NCBI GenBank assembly: GCA_937936325.1
Contig: CALGWV010000033.1
Span: 1-53,286 of the forward strand
DNA: 53,286 nucleotides
Source: an uncultured Bdellovibrionales bacterium
GTDB taxonomy: Bacteria; Bdellovibrionota; Bdellovibrionia; Bdellovibrionales; UBA1609
Direction: 5' to 3'
A program made the position numbers and the translations under genes. Each line of letters opens with the position of its first letter. Position 1 is the stretch's first letter. Of the stretch, positions 20,030 through 27,891 are shown piece after piece. A model generated the notes under the pieces. That model saw only the letters and a program-made list of their open reading frames with translations, searched no databases and had not been told where the DNA came from.

Positions 20030-20116
20030 ACCCAATACTCCTTTTTGGTCATAAAATGAAAGTTCTTAAAAAAGAATGAGACTGTTTTTTTAAATTTTAA
20101 GGTCCATCCCATCAGC

Positions 20117-20671
20117 TTAAATTAATATTTTAGCAATTGTATACTCATCATAGTACTTGCCGTTTATAAAGGCTGCTGCTTTAGAGGTCCCTTCAATTTT
20201 AAAACCCGCCTTTGTGTAGAGCGCGACACCTCTGTCATTATTGACTCTAACTGTTGATTGAATTCTTTTTATTCCACTTTTTAAAGCATAGGCCTCTTGA
20301 ATCTCTAAAAATTTTTTTCCAATACTCTGGCCCCAAAACTCTTTAACAATCCCCATTCCAAATTCAGCCACATGGCCACCCCATGGATGTCCATGTCTTG
20401 GCACTTTTAAATTAGAAATACCAACAAGTCGTTTTTTTAAAAAACCACCATAGCTTACATTTACAGGATGATCGAACTGATCCTGTTGAAATTCTGAAGA
20501 CACTGCAATTGATGGCAAACTCATCTCAGGAAAATGCATAGTGTGAACAGATTCAAGACTTAAACACTTTCTAACTTTGATCACCTCTTCGCCATCTGAA
20601 AAGATTAATGATCTTATTTCTAATTCGCGGCCATCTTTTAATTTAAATTTTTGTTCTTCTATAGCAGCCAA
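20117..20671 (-). CDS. GNAT-family N-acetyltransferase
   Basis: Acetyl-CoA binding region WGQSIGKKFLE...VRVNNDRGVALYTKAGFKIEG. 184 aa. TTG start. Confidence 0.75.
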   Translation of the reverse strand: MAAIEEQKFKLKDGRELEIRSLIFSDGEEVIKVRKCLSLESVHTMHFPEMSLPSIAVSSEFQQDQFDHPVNVSYGGFLKKRLVGISNLKVPRHGHPWGGHVAEFGMGIVKEFWGQSIGKKFLEIQEAYALKSGIKRIQSTVRVNNDRGVALYTKAGFKIEGTSKAAAFINGKYYDEYTIAKILI

Positions 20672-20710
20672 AATTTACCTTTATTAAAGTTATCTTTATC
20701 AAAAATAATT

Positions 20711-21286
20711 TTAAAGTCCTGAGGGCGCAAATACAACGACACTAAATCCAATAGATTTTTTTCTGGAGCTTGGGTTTTGATAGGCGTGGGGTTCATCCCC
20801 AGGAAAACTCAGCAAATCTCCGGACTCTAAGTCGTAACTGGTTTTGTTGACATAAACCCTTAGTGTCCCCTCTGCACAATACAAATACTCTTTAGTTCTA
20901 GAAATGTGGGGTGTTCCTTTGAAGCGGGCACCAGGCTGAAGTGTCATTCGGTCAATCTCCATACCCGGTATAGGGTCAGGCAAAAGTTTTGCAATTATAA
21001 TTTGATCTCCAGACTTACTTTGAAGCGGAATATCTGTAGCCTTTATATGTTGAACATTAGATCTAGGTTTACTGATAAGCTCCTCTACTGAAACATTAAA
21101 AGCTGCTGCTACTTTTGAAAGGTTAGCCAGAGACGGGTTACTTTCACCTGACTCGATATAGGTCAGCGTAGACCTTGGGATACCTGCTTTTTCAGCCATT
21201 TGAAGCTGACTAAGCCCCTGCCTTTTTCTTAGATTTAAAACATTTTTAGCAAGCTGTTTTGAAAGTGTCTCTATCATATTAACCAT
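20711..21286 (-). CDS. XRE-family HTH regulator with C-terminal cupin domain
   Basis: N-terminal HTH (LRKRQGLSQLQMAEKAGIPRSTLTYIESGESNPSLANL) and a C-terminal cupin (GTPHISRTKEYLYCAEGTLRV...GDLLSFPGDEPHAYQN). Confidence 0.8.
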   Translation of the reverse strand: MVNMIETLSKQLAKNVLNLRKRQGLSQLQMAEKAGIPRSTLTYIESGESNPSLANLSKVAAAFNVSVEELISKPRSNVQHIKATDIPLQSKSGDQIIIAKLLPDPIPGMEIDRMTLQPGARFKGTPHISRTKEYLYCAEGTLRVYVNKTSYDLESGDLLSFPGDEPHAYQNPSSRKKSIGFSVVVFAPSGL

Positions 21287-21287
21287 G

Positions 21288-21303
21288 TGCTAGTTTATTA
21301 GCA
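21288..21303. promoter_or_regulatory. palindrome TGCTA-N6-TAGCA next to the XRE-cupin start codon (candidate operator)
   Basis: Read directly: TGCTAGTTTATTAGCA. It lies in the 73-bp divergent spacer between the regulator and the VOC gene. Confidence 0.25.
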
Positions 21304-21359
21304 TATATGTTGGTGTTTTGTCAAACCAAAGACATCCTTAATTTACAAAAGGAGAACAA

Positions 21360-21767
21360 ATGAACAAAAATTCAGTCACATTAGATCATATTAATTTTAC
21401 AGTCGCCAACTTTCACGAAAGCACAAATTGGTACCAAAAAATCTTTAATTTCGAACTTGTAGAAGAAGGAGTGAACCAAGAAGGACGTCGGTGGGGGATC
21501 CTAAGATCAGGCAACTCAATGCTTGCGATCTCAGAACACCCAAATAAAAAAATAAACGATGGGGAGGATTTTCATAAAATGTATCATTTTGCCTTAAGGC
21601 TCACAGACCCTATAGTTTGGAAAGAAAAAATTGATGAACACAATATAAAAGTTTATTATTCTGGCCCCCTTAAGTATCCAAACTCAACTTCATGGTACAT
21701 AAAAGATCCAACTGGAAACGAAATCGAGGTGACAATTTGGGACAATAATACAATAAAGTTTAACTAG
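21360..21767 (+). CDS. VOC-family (glyoxalase/bleomycin-resistance fold) protein
   Basis: 135 aa with a LDHINFTV start and the paired beta-alpha-beta-beta-beta pattern typical of single-domain VOC proteins. GGAG precedes the ATG. Confidence 0.65.
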   Translation: MNKNSVTLDHINFTVANFHESTNWYQKIFNFELVEEGVNQEGRRWGILRSGNSMLAISEHPNKKINDGEDFHKMYHFALRLTDPIVWKEKIDEHNIKVYYSGPLKYPNSTSWYIKDPTGNEIEVTIWDNNTIKFN

Positions 21768-21787
21768 CTTCTACGAACACTGTTACG

Positions 21788-21810
21788 GCTCTCTTTGTGA
21801 AATAGAGAGC
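21788..21810 (+). terminator. hairpin downstream of the VOC gene
   Basis: GCTCTCT-N9-AGAGAGC, a 7-bp stem. There is no clear U-tract. Confidence 0.35.
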
Positions 21811-21926
21811 GTAAACTCAATAAACTTTGATTTCTCATTCTCTTATAAGCGCTCATTAAAATTCTTATTACTTTTAATAATCTATGTTGTATAGAGCTCT
21901 TCTCTTAAAACTATTTATACTTTAAA

Positions 21927-21935
21927 CCCCACTAG
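21927..21935 (+). repeat. CCCCACTAG motif, copy 1
   Basis: Exact 9-mer, 33 nt upstream of the lipoprotein ATG, just after a TATACT hexamer. Confidence 0.6.
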
Positions 21936-21967
21936 AAGTCGTAAAAAAAATAAGTTAAGATTTTAAA

Positions 21968-22540
21968 ATGGAATCAACTCTAAAAGTATCTATAATTCTT
22001 TATCTATTTTCTACAATGTCTTTATTAGGGTGTGTTTCTGAGCCTAAAAAAGAGAATATCAATAAAAAAGTAGAGATTGGAATCAGCTTTACTTCAAGTA
22101 CAGGCGAAACCTCCTGGTTAAATAGGGTCGCCCTTGAAAAGCTAAGAACTTCTAGCTTAGTGGTTAAAGCTAACCCCGCATACAACGGAGCTACAAAAGA
22201 ATATGTTGGGTTGAGCTTCATTGATTTTCTGAAGCTTTTTGATCCAAGCCTAACAGTATCAGAACCCTTTTGGATTAAAGTGACGACAATCGATGGTTGG
22301 ACACCACCTATTTATAAATCTTCGCTTTTAATAAAAGGTGAGGCTCTTATAGCAACTCGAGAGAAACCCTCGACCTTATCCTCCCCAATTTCTGAAGATG
22401 GTTTGTGGACTATTGTAGTCACAGAAAAAAAGAATTTTTATCCAGGTCCATTTTACATCGTTTGGAACGACAGTGGTAAAAACCCAGATATCATGCCTCT
22501 TCAGGTGGCAAGTATTCAGGTCCTGACAGAGGGGCCTTAA
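21968..22540 (+). CDS. lipoprotein of unknown function
   Basis: Signal peptide with lipobox (…MSLLGC). 190 aa. No recognisable family. Confidence 0.6.
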   Translation: MESTLKVSIILYLFSTMSLLGCVSEPKKENINKKVEIGISFTSSTGETSWLNRVALEKLRTSSLVVKANPAYNGATKEYVGLSFIDFLKLFDPSLTVSEPFWIKVTTIDGWTPPIYKSSLLIKGEALIATREKPSTLSSPISEDGLWTIVVTEKKNFYPGPFYIVWNDSGKNPDIMPLQVASIQVLTEGP

Positions 22541-22566
22541 GAGACAAGGTCTCTTGCTTTTTGCCA
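22539..22566 (+). terminator. rho-independent terminator of the lipoprotein gene
   Basis: AAGAGAC-AAG-GTCTCTT (7-bp stem, 3-nt loop), followed by GCTTTTTG. Confidence 0.65.
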
Positions 22567-22638
22567 AACACTCTTAAGTATCTCGTACCTATAGCTATCG
22601 AACGTCTCAGAGTTAATTTTTCGGTCACCAATCATATG

Positions 22639-22647
22639 CCCCACTAG
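22639..22647 (+). repeat. CCCCACTAG motif, copy 2
   Basis: Exact 9-mer in the convergent spacer. The flanks (TTAATTTTT-CGGTC upstream, ATGA-AT downstream) resemble those of copy 3. Confidence 0.6.
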
Positions 22648-22656
22648 TTCATGACA

Positions 22657-22995
22657 TTAAGTTTGCGTAGTTATGAGCTTATGAATAAAATAACCTAAAA
22701 AAAGTAAAGCTAATCCCAATAAGTAACAACTCCAAAAATTGAGATGAAGCTTCTTAGCGAACAGAAAAGGAAGAAAGAATAATAATGAGACTGGCACCGC
22801 GATAAAAATGCTCTTTGCATACTCTACTGACTGATCTGAGCTCCCCCATTCTAAATGAGAAAAAGCTAAGGCCAATAAAGTCGTGAGCGGCAATGCCGTT
22901 ATAAAACCTGCCAGAGATGTGTGTTTTCCTGAGAGCCACGACACCCCACTGATCAAAACAGCCGCGAGAATAATTTTACCTGTTATTAACAGCAT
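22657..22995 (-). CDS. small 4-TM membrane protein (unknown function)
   Basis: 112 aa and almost entirely hydrophobic. ATG start. Confidence 0.55.
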   Translation of the reverse strand: MLLITGKIILAAVLISGVSWLSGKHTSLAGFITALPLTTLLALAFSHLEWGSSDQSVEYAKSIFIAVPVSLLFFLPFLFAKKLHLNFWSCYLLGLALLFLGYFIHKLITTQT

Positions 22996-23042
22996 AATCG
23001 TTGCCCCTTAATTTTTGGCGGTCTCTACGAAACCTCAACACT

Positions 23043-23051
23043 CCCCACTAG
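23043..23051 (+). repeat. CCCCACTAG motif, copy 3
   Basis: Exact 9-mer in the spacer between the hupE stop and the start of the small membrane-protein gene. Confidence 0.6.
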
Positions 23052-23083
23052 ATATGAGATATATGGATAGCTTACGAGTTATT

Positions 23084-23857
23084 TTAATGCTCATGATGGT
23101 GCTCATTATGTCTTTGCTGATCCAATTGAATATGTTCGTAGATGTGACTCTCTTTTCCAAAACCAAATTCGTCAGGCTTAGAGGTGTGTAAATACCCATG
23201 CATCTGCATGAGAAATAGTAAAAATCCTGCTAAAATCAGACCATGGTTGAGAACCCGAGAGAGCCTATTGAAAGCACTCAGTTTTCTCAACCAATTTAGA
23301 CATACTAGCATAATACTCAGAGCAAAAATTTGTCCGAGCTCAACACCAAGATTAAAGGAGATGATCCTCATCAACGTGGGGCCAAACTCCTCCCCTAGTG
23401 GGAGTTGTTGTAAGCGCGTGGAGAGCCCAAACCCATGCATCAACCCAAACACAAAAACCATGAGCAAAAGATTCGGCGCTGAGGTCATCCCAAAATACTC
23501 TTGGAAGCCTTTATTGTTATCAAAGCCTTTATAGCAAACTGTAAGTGCAATCACAGCATCAATCAGCCAATAGTTTGCGGTGATCCCCATAAATGTAGCA
23601 AAGATCAAAGTAAGACTGTGCCCAATAGTAAAAGCACTGATGAACTTAACAATATCTTTGAAGCCTTTTAAAAAGAAAATCACACCAAACAAAAATAAGA
23701 GGTGATCATATCCCGTGAGCATATGCTCTGCACCCAGTACAAAGTATTTAAAATACCCTCCCTCGATCAAAGCTTGTTTAGCCCCTTCGCTGATACCATG
23801 AGCATAGGCACCGACAGACCAAAACAAAACTGAAAAACTTAAAAGTAGCTTGCACAT
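23084..23857 (-). CDS. HupE/UreJ-family metal (Ni/Co-type) transporter with His-rich tail
   Basis: Signal peptide, then AHG. Family motif GAEHMLTGYDHLLFLFGV. Multiple TM helices. C-terminal QQRHNEHHHEH. Confidence 0.7.
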   Translation of the reverse strand: MCKLLLSFSVLFWSVGAYAHGISEGAKQALIEGGYFKYFVLGAEHMLTGYDHLLFLFGVIFFLKGFKDIVKFISAFTIGHSLTLIFATFMGITANYWLIDAVIALTVCYKGFDNNKGFQEYFGMTSAPNLLLMVFVFGLMHGFGLSTRLQQLPLGEEFGPTLMRIISFNLGVELGQIFALSIMLVCLNWLRKLSAFNRLSRVLNHGLILAGFLLFLMQMHGYLHTSKPDEFGFGKESHIYEHIQLDQQRHNEHHHEH

Positions 23858-23991
23858 TTTTACTCCAAAGAATTTAGATTAAACAAAGATATAATAACCT
23901 AGAATCAGCCAGGACCGCCACTTAATTTAATCCTGTTTCAGACTTGTAGGAATTAATTAAGGTCTAAAAAATTATGCATCGCAACTGCGGG

Positions 23992-23998
23992 CCCCACT
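23992..23998 (+). repeat. CCCCACT motif, copy 4 (7-mer core only)
   Basis: GGGCCCCACTTCTCTAAG in the spacer upstream of hupE. Same strand as copies 1-3. Confidence 0.4.
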
Positions 23999-24084
23999 TC
24001 TCTAAGCTTACTTAATTTTTGCACTCTTATCTGGGCTAACCCCTAATAAGCCTAGTTAGAATATCCCCACATATACATAAACCT

Positions 24085-24474
24085 TTATACATTTGATTTC
24101 TCTTTTAATTGGATAATTATTTTTCTCTCTACAGCCACTACCCAAAGCACGATGATTATTTCAGAAATAAAATACAAAGCTCCAAAGTTTTGAACATCAT
24201 TCCAATGGAAACAAAGTATTGAAAATGTCAAAATACAGTAGAGTGTGTTCAGTGTAGAAATTATATTGAGCCACTTTGGGTTTGCATGATCTACATAATA
24301 AAAACAACTTAGGGAATACACTGCAAAAAGCATAGGGAACATACTTAAAAAATAAAGGGTCGTCACAGGCAGCCCCACCCAATTCTGCATCATTGGGAGT
24401 ACTATACCCAAACAAGCAGCACTGATCAGCGCACCCACTGCGTCCAAAATAAAAATATTTTTTTTATTTAGCAT
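24085..24474 (-). CDS. 4-TM membrane protein (unknown function)
   Basis: 129 aa, hydrophobic, ATG start. Confidence 0.5.
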   Translation of the reverse strand: MLNKKNIFILDAVGALISAACLGIVLPMMQNWVGLPVTTLYFLSMFPMLFAVYSLSCFYYVDHANPKWLNIISTLNTLYCILTFSILCFHWNDVQNFGALYFISEIIIVLWVVAVERKIIIQLKEKSNV

Positions 24475-24498
24475 AAAATTAAAATATCCTTTCTAGCG

Positions 24499-24528
24499 AT
24501 AGGTTTATACTATTTGATTCTTAAATAG
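24499..24528 (+). promoter_or_regulatory. candidate OxyR/LysR-type site upstream of katG
   Basis: ATAG-N7-CTAT at 24499-24513, which matches one half of the OxyR ATAG-N7-CTAT-N7-ATAG-N7-CTAT pattern. A further ATAG lies at 24525-24528 but with non-canonical spacing. Confidence 0.3.
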
Positions 24529-24572
24529 TTTAGGTTTTATATATAAGTGTAACTTTATCAAAGGATGTACAA

Positions 24573-26849
24573 GTGAAAACACAAATGACGGCTCTATTTA
24601 TTTTAATGGCTTTCCAGATAGGATGTTCAGAGTACAAGAACGAAAAACAACTTCAGACTCAAAGTGATGCACAAGCATTAGAATCTAAATCTGTTGGCCA
24701 CAAAAAAGGTGACGCCAAGCCCATCAATTTTTGGTGGCCCGAAAGATTAGACTTGAGCCCATTGAGACAGCACTCCAAAGAATCCAACCCTATGGGGAGA
24801 AACTTTAACTATGCCTCCGAATTTGAAAAAATTAACTTAAAAGAGCTCAAAGCAGATATTGTTAAAATCATGACAACAAGTAAGGATTGGTGGCCTGCAG
24901 ATTGGGGGAATTATGGCCCTTTTTTCATCAGAATGGCATGGCATAGTACTGGTACCTATCGTCAAACCGATGGCCGCGGTGGAGCTGGTGGTGGTCAACA
25001 GAGATTTGAACCTCTAAACAGTTGGCCCGACAATGCAAACCTGGACAAGGCCAGAAGACTCCTTTGGCCTGTAAAAAAGAAGTATGGCAAAAGCCTTTCC
25101 TGGGCTGATTTAATGGTTTTAACTGGAAATGTAGCCATGGAATCTATGGGTTTTAAAACCCTAGGCTTTGCTGGTGGTCGCCAAGATGATTGGGAAGCAG
25201 ATCTTGTTTACTGGGGACCAGAAGATAAAATGCTGAGCGCTGTCCACCGCTATCATGGTAAGGGAAAAAAGAGGACACTCAAAAAACCTCTTGGAGCCGT
25301 GCAAATGGGCTTGATATATGTCAACCCCGAAGGGCCTGGAGCAAACCATAATCCATTAGACTCCGCTCAAGACATTAGAGAAACCTTTGGCCGGATGGGT
25401 ATGAATGATGAAGAGACTTTTGCACTCATCGCAGGTGGACATACTTTTGGTAAGGCTCACGGAGCTCACAAACCCAAAGATTGTGTCGGAGCAGAACCTG
25501 CAGGAGCTGACATTGAAAAGCAAGGCTTAGGCTGGAGTAATAAGTGTGGAAAGGGTCATGGGAAAGATACTGTCACCAGTGGTCTTGAGGGGGCTTGGAC
25601 TGCAGCTCCAACAAAATGGACACATATGTATCTGACAAATCTCCTAAATTTCGAATGGGAGAAAACTAAAAGTCCAGCTGGAGCGACTCAGTGGATACCT
25701 AAAAAAAATCAGCTCGCCAATACCGTCCCCCCAACACACAAAGATGCAAAACCAAGCACACCTATTATGCTAACTTCAGATTTAGCTTTAAAAAAAGATC
25801 CTGAATATAGGAAAATTGCAGAGCGTTTTCTCAAAGATCCTAAAGAGTTTGAAAAAGCTTTTGCAAAGGCATGGTTTAAACTTACTCATAGAGATATGGG
25901 GCCTCGCTCGAGATATGTGGGCCAAGATGCTCCTCAAGAGCTCATGCTTTGGCAAGACAATGTTCCGAAAGCAACGCACAAACTCATTAATAAAAATAAT
26001 ATTGCCACTTTAAAGTCCAAGATTCTAAGCTCTGACATCAGCCATGCAGATTTAATTAAAACAGCTTGGGCTTCAGCATCAAGCTTTAGAAGCACAGATA
26101 TGAGAGGGGGAGCTAACGGGGCTCGTCTACGCTTAGCACCTCAAAAGGATTGGTTAGTGAACAACCCTGAAGCACTTTCTAAAACTTTACTTAAACTATC
26201 AGAAATACAAAATAATTTTAACAAAGGTGGGGGACATGTCAGCTTAGCCGATCTCATTGTCTTAGCTGGTGACGCCGCAGTTGAAAAAGCGGCCGCAAAT
26301 GCTGGTGTTAAAATTAATATTGCTTTTTCACCGGGCCGAACAGATGCCACTCAAGAACAAACAGATCCTCAATCATTTTCGTTATTAGAACCCAAGGCAG
26401 ACGCCTTTAGAAACTATTACAGTGATGAAGCCCCTATGTCGCCCCTATTAATGCTTATTGATAAAGCAAATATGCTCAAGCTGACTGTTCCAGAAATGAC
26501 AGCTCTTATTGGAGGTCTCAGAGTTTTAAAAGCAAATACAGGAAGCTCTAAACACGGATACTTCACGAACAAAAACGAAACTTTGAGTAATGATTTCTTT
26601 ATCAACCTACTTGATATGTCGACCCAATGGAAAAAAACTGAAGTCGATGGTGTTTACAAAGGAGCGGACAGAAAGACAGGCCAAGACAAATGGACCGCCA
26701 CGCCGGTGGATTTAATTTTTGGGTCACACTCTGAATTGAGAGCTATAGCAGAAGTTTATGCCGCTGACGATGGCCTTGAAAAATTCATAAATGATTTTTC
26801 TTATGCTTGGTCAAAAGTAATGAATCTAGATCGGTTCGATCTCAAATAA
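24573..26849 (+). CDS. katG: catalase-peroxidase KatG with N-terminal lipoprotein-type signal
   Basis: Two-domain, 758 aa. Distal-side [13 protein letters not shown] and proximal-side [10 protein letters not shown] motifs. The N-terminus [18 protein letters not shown] precedes the catalytic core. GTG start with AAGGA upstream. Confidence 0.95.
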   Translation: MKTQMTALFILMAFQIGCSEYKNEKQLQTQSDAQALESKSVGHKKGDAKPINFWWPERLDLSPLRQHSKESNPMGRNFNYASEFEKINLKELKADIVKIMTTSKDWWPADWGNYGPFFIRMAWHSTGTYRQTDGRGGAGGGQQRFEPLNSWPDNANLDKARRLLWPVKKKYGKSLSWADLMVLTGNVAMESMGFKTLGFAGGRQDDWEADLVYWGPEDKMLSAVHRYHGKGKKRTLKKPLGAVQMGLIYVNPEGPGANHNPLDSAQDIRETFGRMGMNDEETFALIAGGHTFGKAHGAHKPKDCVGAEPAGADIEKQGLGWSNKCGKGHGKDTVTSGLEGAWTAAPTKWTHMYLTNLLNFEWEKTKSPAGATQWIPKKNQLANTVPPTHKDAKPSTPIMLTSDLALKKDPEYRKIAERFLKDPKEFEKAFAKAWFKLTHRDMGPRSRYVGQDAPQELMLWQDNVPKATHKLINKNNIATLKSKILSSDISHADLIKTAWASASSFRSTDMRGGANGARLRLAPQKDWLVNNPEALSKTLLKLSEIQNNFNKGGGHVSLADLIVLAGDAAVEKAAANAGVKINIAFSPGRTDATQEQTDPQSFSLLEPKADAFRNYYSDEAPMSPLLMLIDKANMLKLTVPEMTALIGGLRVLKANTGSSKHGYFTNKNETLSNDFFINLLDMSTQWKKTEVDGVYKGADRKTGQDKWTATPVDLIFGSHSELRAIAEVYAADDGLEKFINDFSYAWSKVMNLDRFDLK

Positions 26850-26850
26850 T

Positions 26851-26915
26851 TTTCTGGGTGCCCTGCACCAGATAGTATTGCAATGCCATACTACCTGGTG
26901 CAGGGCACCCAGAAA
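26851..26915. terminator. 65-nt near-perfect hairpin (bidirectional terminator or palindromic element)
   Basis: The 21-bp perfect arms TTTCTGGGTGCCCTGCACCAG (26851-26871) and CTGGTGCAGGGCACCCAGAAA (26895-26915) pair. The loop pairs further (26873-26878 with 26888-26893, 26880-26881 with 26885-26886), leaving a 3-nt apical loop. Confidence 0.6.
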
Positions 26916-26948
26916 TACCAAAAACTAGTTTGTATATGGATTAAACGA

Positions 26949-26964
26949 TTCCCCAAAAGGGGAA
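26949..26964 (-). terminator. hairpin downstream of ssrA
   Basis: On the - strand, TTCCCC-TTTT-GGGGAA begins 23 nt past the CCA end of the tmRNA. The U-tract is weak. Confidence 0.4.
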
Positions 26965-26986
26965 AGGATTATTGATATTTGACAAT

Positions 26987-27337
26987 TGGTGGAGGCGGGG
27001 GGAGTTGAACCCCCGTCCGCAAGTGATCCGCACAAAGGCGCTACATACTTAGTTTGGGATTAATTTAAGTTTGATTTTCTCCCCAAACAGAGAATCACAA
27101 ACCGGTCTTAAAGATTTTTTAAAACAACACCCCTCTAAGCACAGTGAAGTTCGAGACAACTAAAGTGGCGTCAGGTCCTAGAATCGTCGTCACTATCTAG
27201 GGTGACGGGCAGCAATTAAGCGGCCAGTTTTAACTGAGTAGTATCAATTATATTTTTGCAATGTTTTTAACGAGGTCCTCATGCTCCCCGGTATGCTCCT
27301 CAAGTTTCACAACCCACGTCGAAGCCATTACGCCCCC
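26987..27337 (-). ncRNA. ssrA: tmRNA (transfer-messenger RNA)
   Basis: The reverse complement starts GGGGGCGTAATGGCTTCGACGTGGGTTGTGAAAC and ends GCGGACGGGGGTTCAACTCCCCCCGCCTCCACCA. This gives a T-arm GGGGG/TTCAACT/CCCCC and an acceptor stem GGGGGCG/CGCCUCC with the G3:U alanine identity pair, plus an encoded CCA. The internal tag frame ends CTG GCC GCT TAA (…LKLAA-stop) at 27216-27227. Confidence 0.95.
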
Positions 27338-27480
27338 GGTGCTATAAAACTTAATTAAATGAGTTTAATTCAAAATAGAATTAAACCATAAGATAGAATA
27401 CCTAATTTTAAATTAAAATGCAATGAGGAAGTGAAAACTCTTACCTAAGACTGTCCTAAAACAAGACGCTATAGCCTTTT

Positions 27481-27891
27481 TTAGCACATCTCAGAGTCTA
27501 GAGCCTTATTAGCTAGGCGATCCGCCTCTGCATTTAAATCCCTCAACACATGCTCAAAGCTGAGAGCTTTAAACTGAGGAGTCAGTTTTTTGACTTCTTG
27601 ATAAAGAGGTTTAATTTTTTCTGACTTTACTTTGTATTGACCTGACAGCTGCCTGACTAAAAGCTGACTATCGGTTCTTAGAATAATTTTAGAAGCTTGT
27701 TCTTTTTGCTCCACAAGATACTCTAAGGCCTTAATCACAGCTGTGTACTCAGCAAAGTTATTGGTCTGATCGCCCAAACGTCCGTAAAGCTCAGTCACTT
27801 GGTCTTTGTCTCTCACAACATAACAACCATAAGACGCCGGACCAGGATTTCCTCTTGAGGCTCCATCAGTGTAGACATAAATTATTGGCAT
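27481..27891 (-). CDS. rnhA: ribonuclease HI-family protein
   Basis: TDGASRGNPGPASYG..., NNFAEYTAVIKAL, TDSQLLVRQLSGQYKVK and a C-terminal ...NAEADRLAN. These are the DEDD-type RNase H catalytic regions. 136 aa. Confidence 0.8.
   Translation of the reverse strand: MPIIYVYTDGASRGNPGPASYGCYVVRDKDQVTELYGRLGDQTNNFAEYTAVIKALEYLVEQKEQASKIILRTDSQLLVRQLSGQYKVKSEKIKPLYQEVKKLTPQFKALSFEHVLRDLNAEADRLANKALDSEMC

Noticed and set aside
23907-23923. AGCCAGGACCGCCACTT upstream of the HupE/UreJ (Ni/Co transporter) gene, which resembles the cobalamin-riboswitch B12 box and the GCCACT core.
   Set aside because: It is on the + strand, whereas hupE is transcribed from the - strand. The other conserved cobalamin-riboswitch segments (GGTGAAAATCC-type and so on) are absent or in the wrong order.
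26831-26845. GGTTCGATCTC, a tRNA T-loop-like string.
   Set aside because: It lies inside the katG coding frame (…LDRFDLK-stop), and no acceptor or anticodon arms are foldable around it.
19616-26986. An ssrA-associated genomic island. The block of small stress and metal genes lies on the 3' side of the tmRNA gene, which is the classic integration site.
   Set aside because: I found no integrase, no phage or mobility genes, and no duplicated copy of the ssrA 3' end (…GGGGGTTCAACTCCCCCCGCCTCCACCA) at lower coordinates. The block may still be flexible genome, as described in the CCCCACT finding, but a classical ssrA island is not supported.
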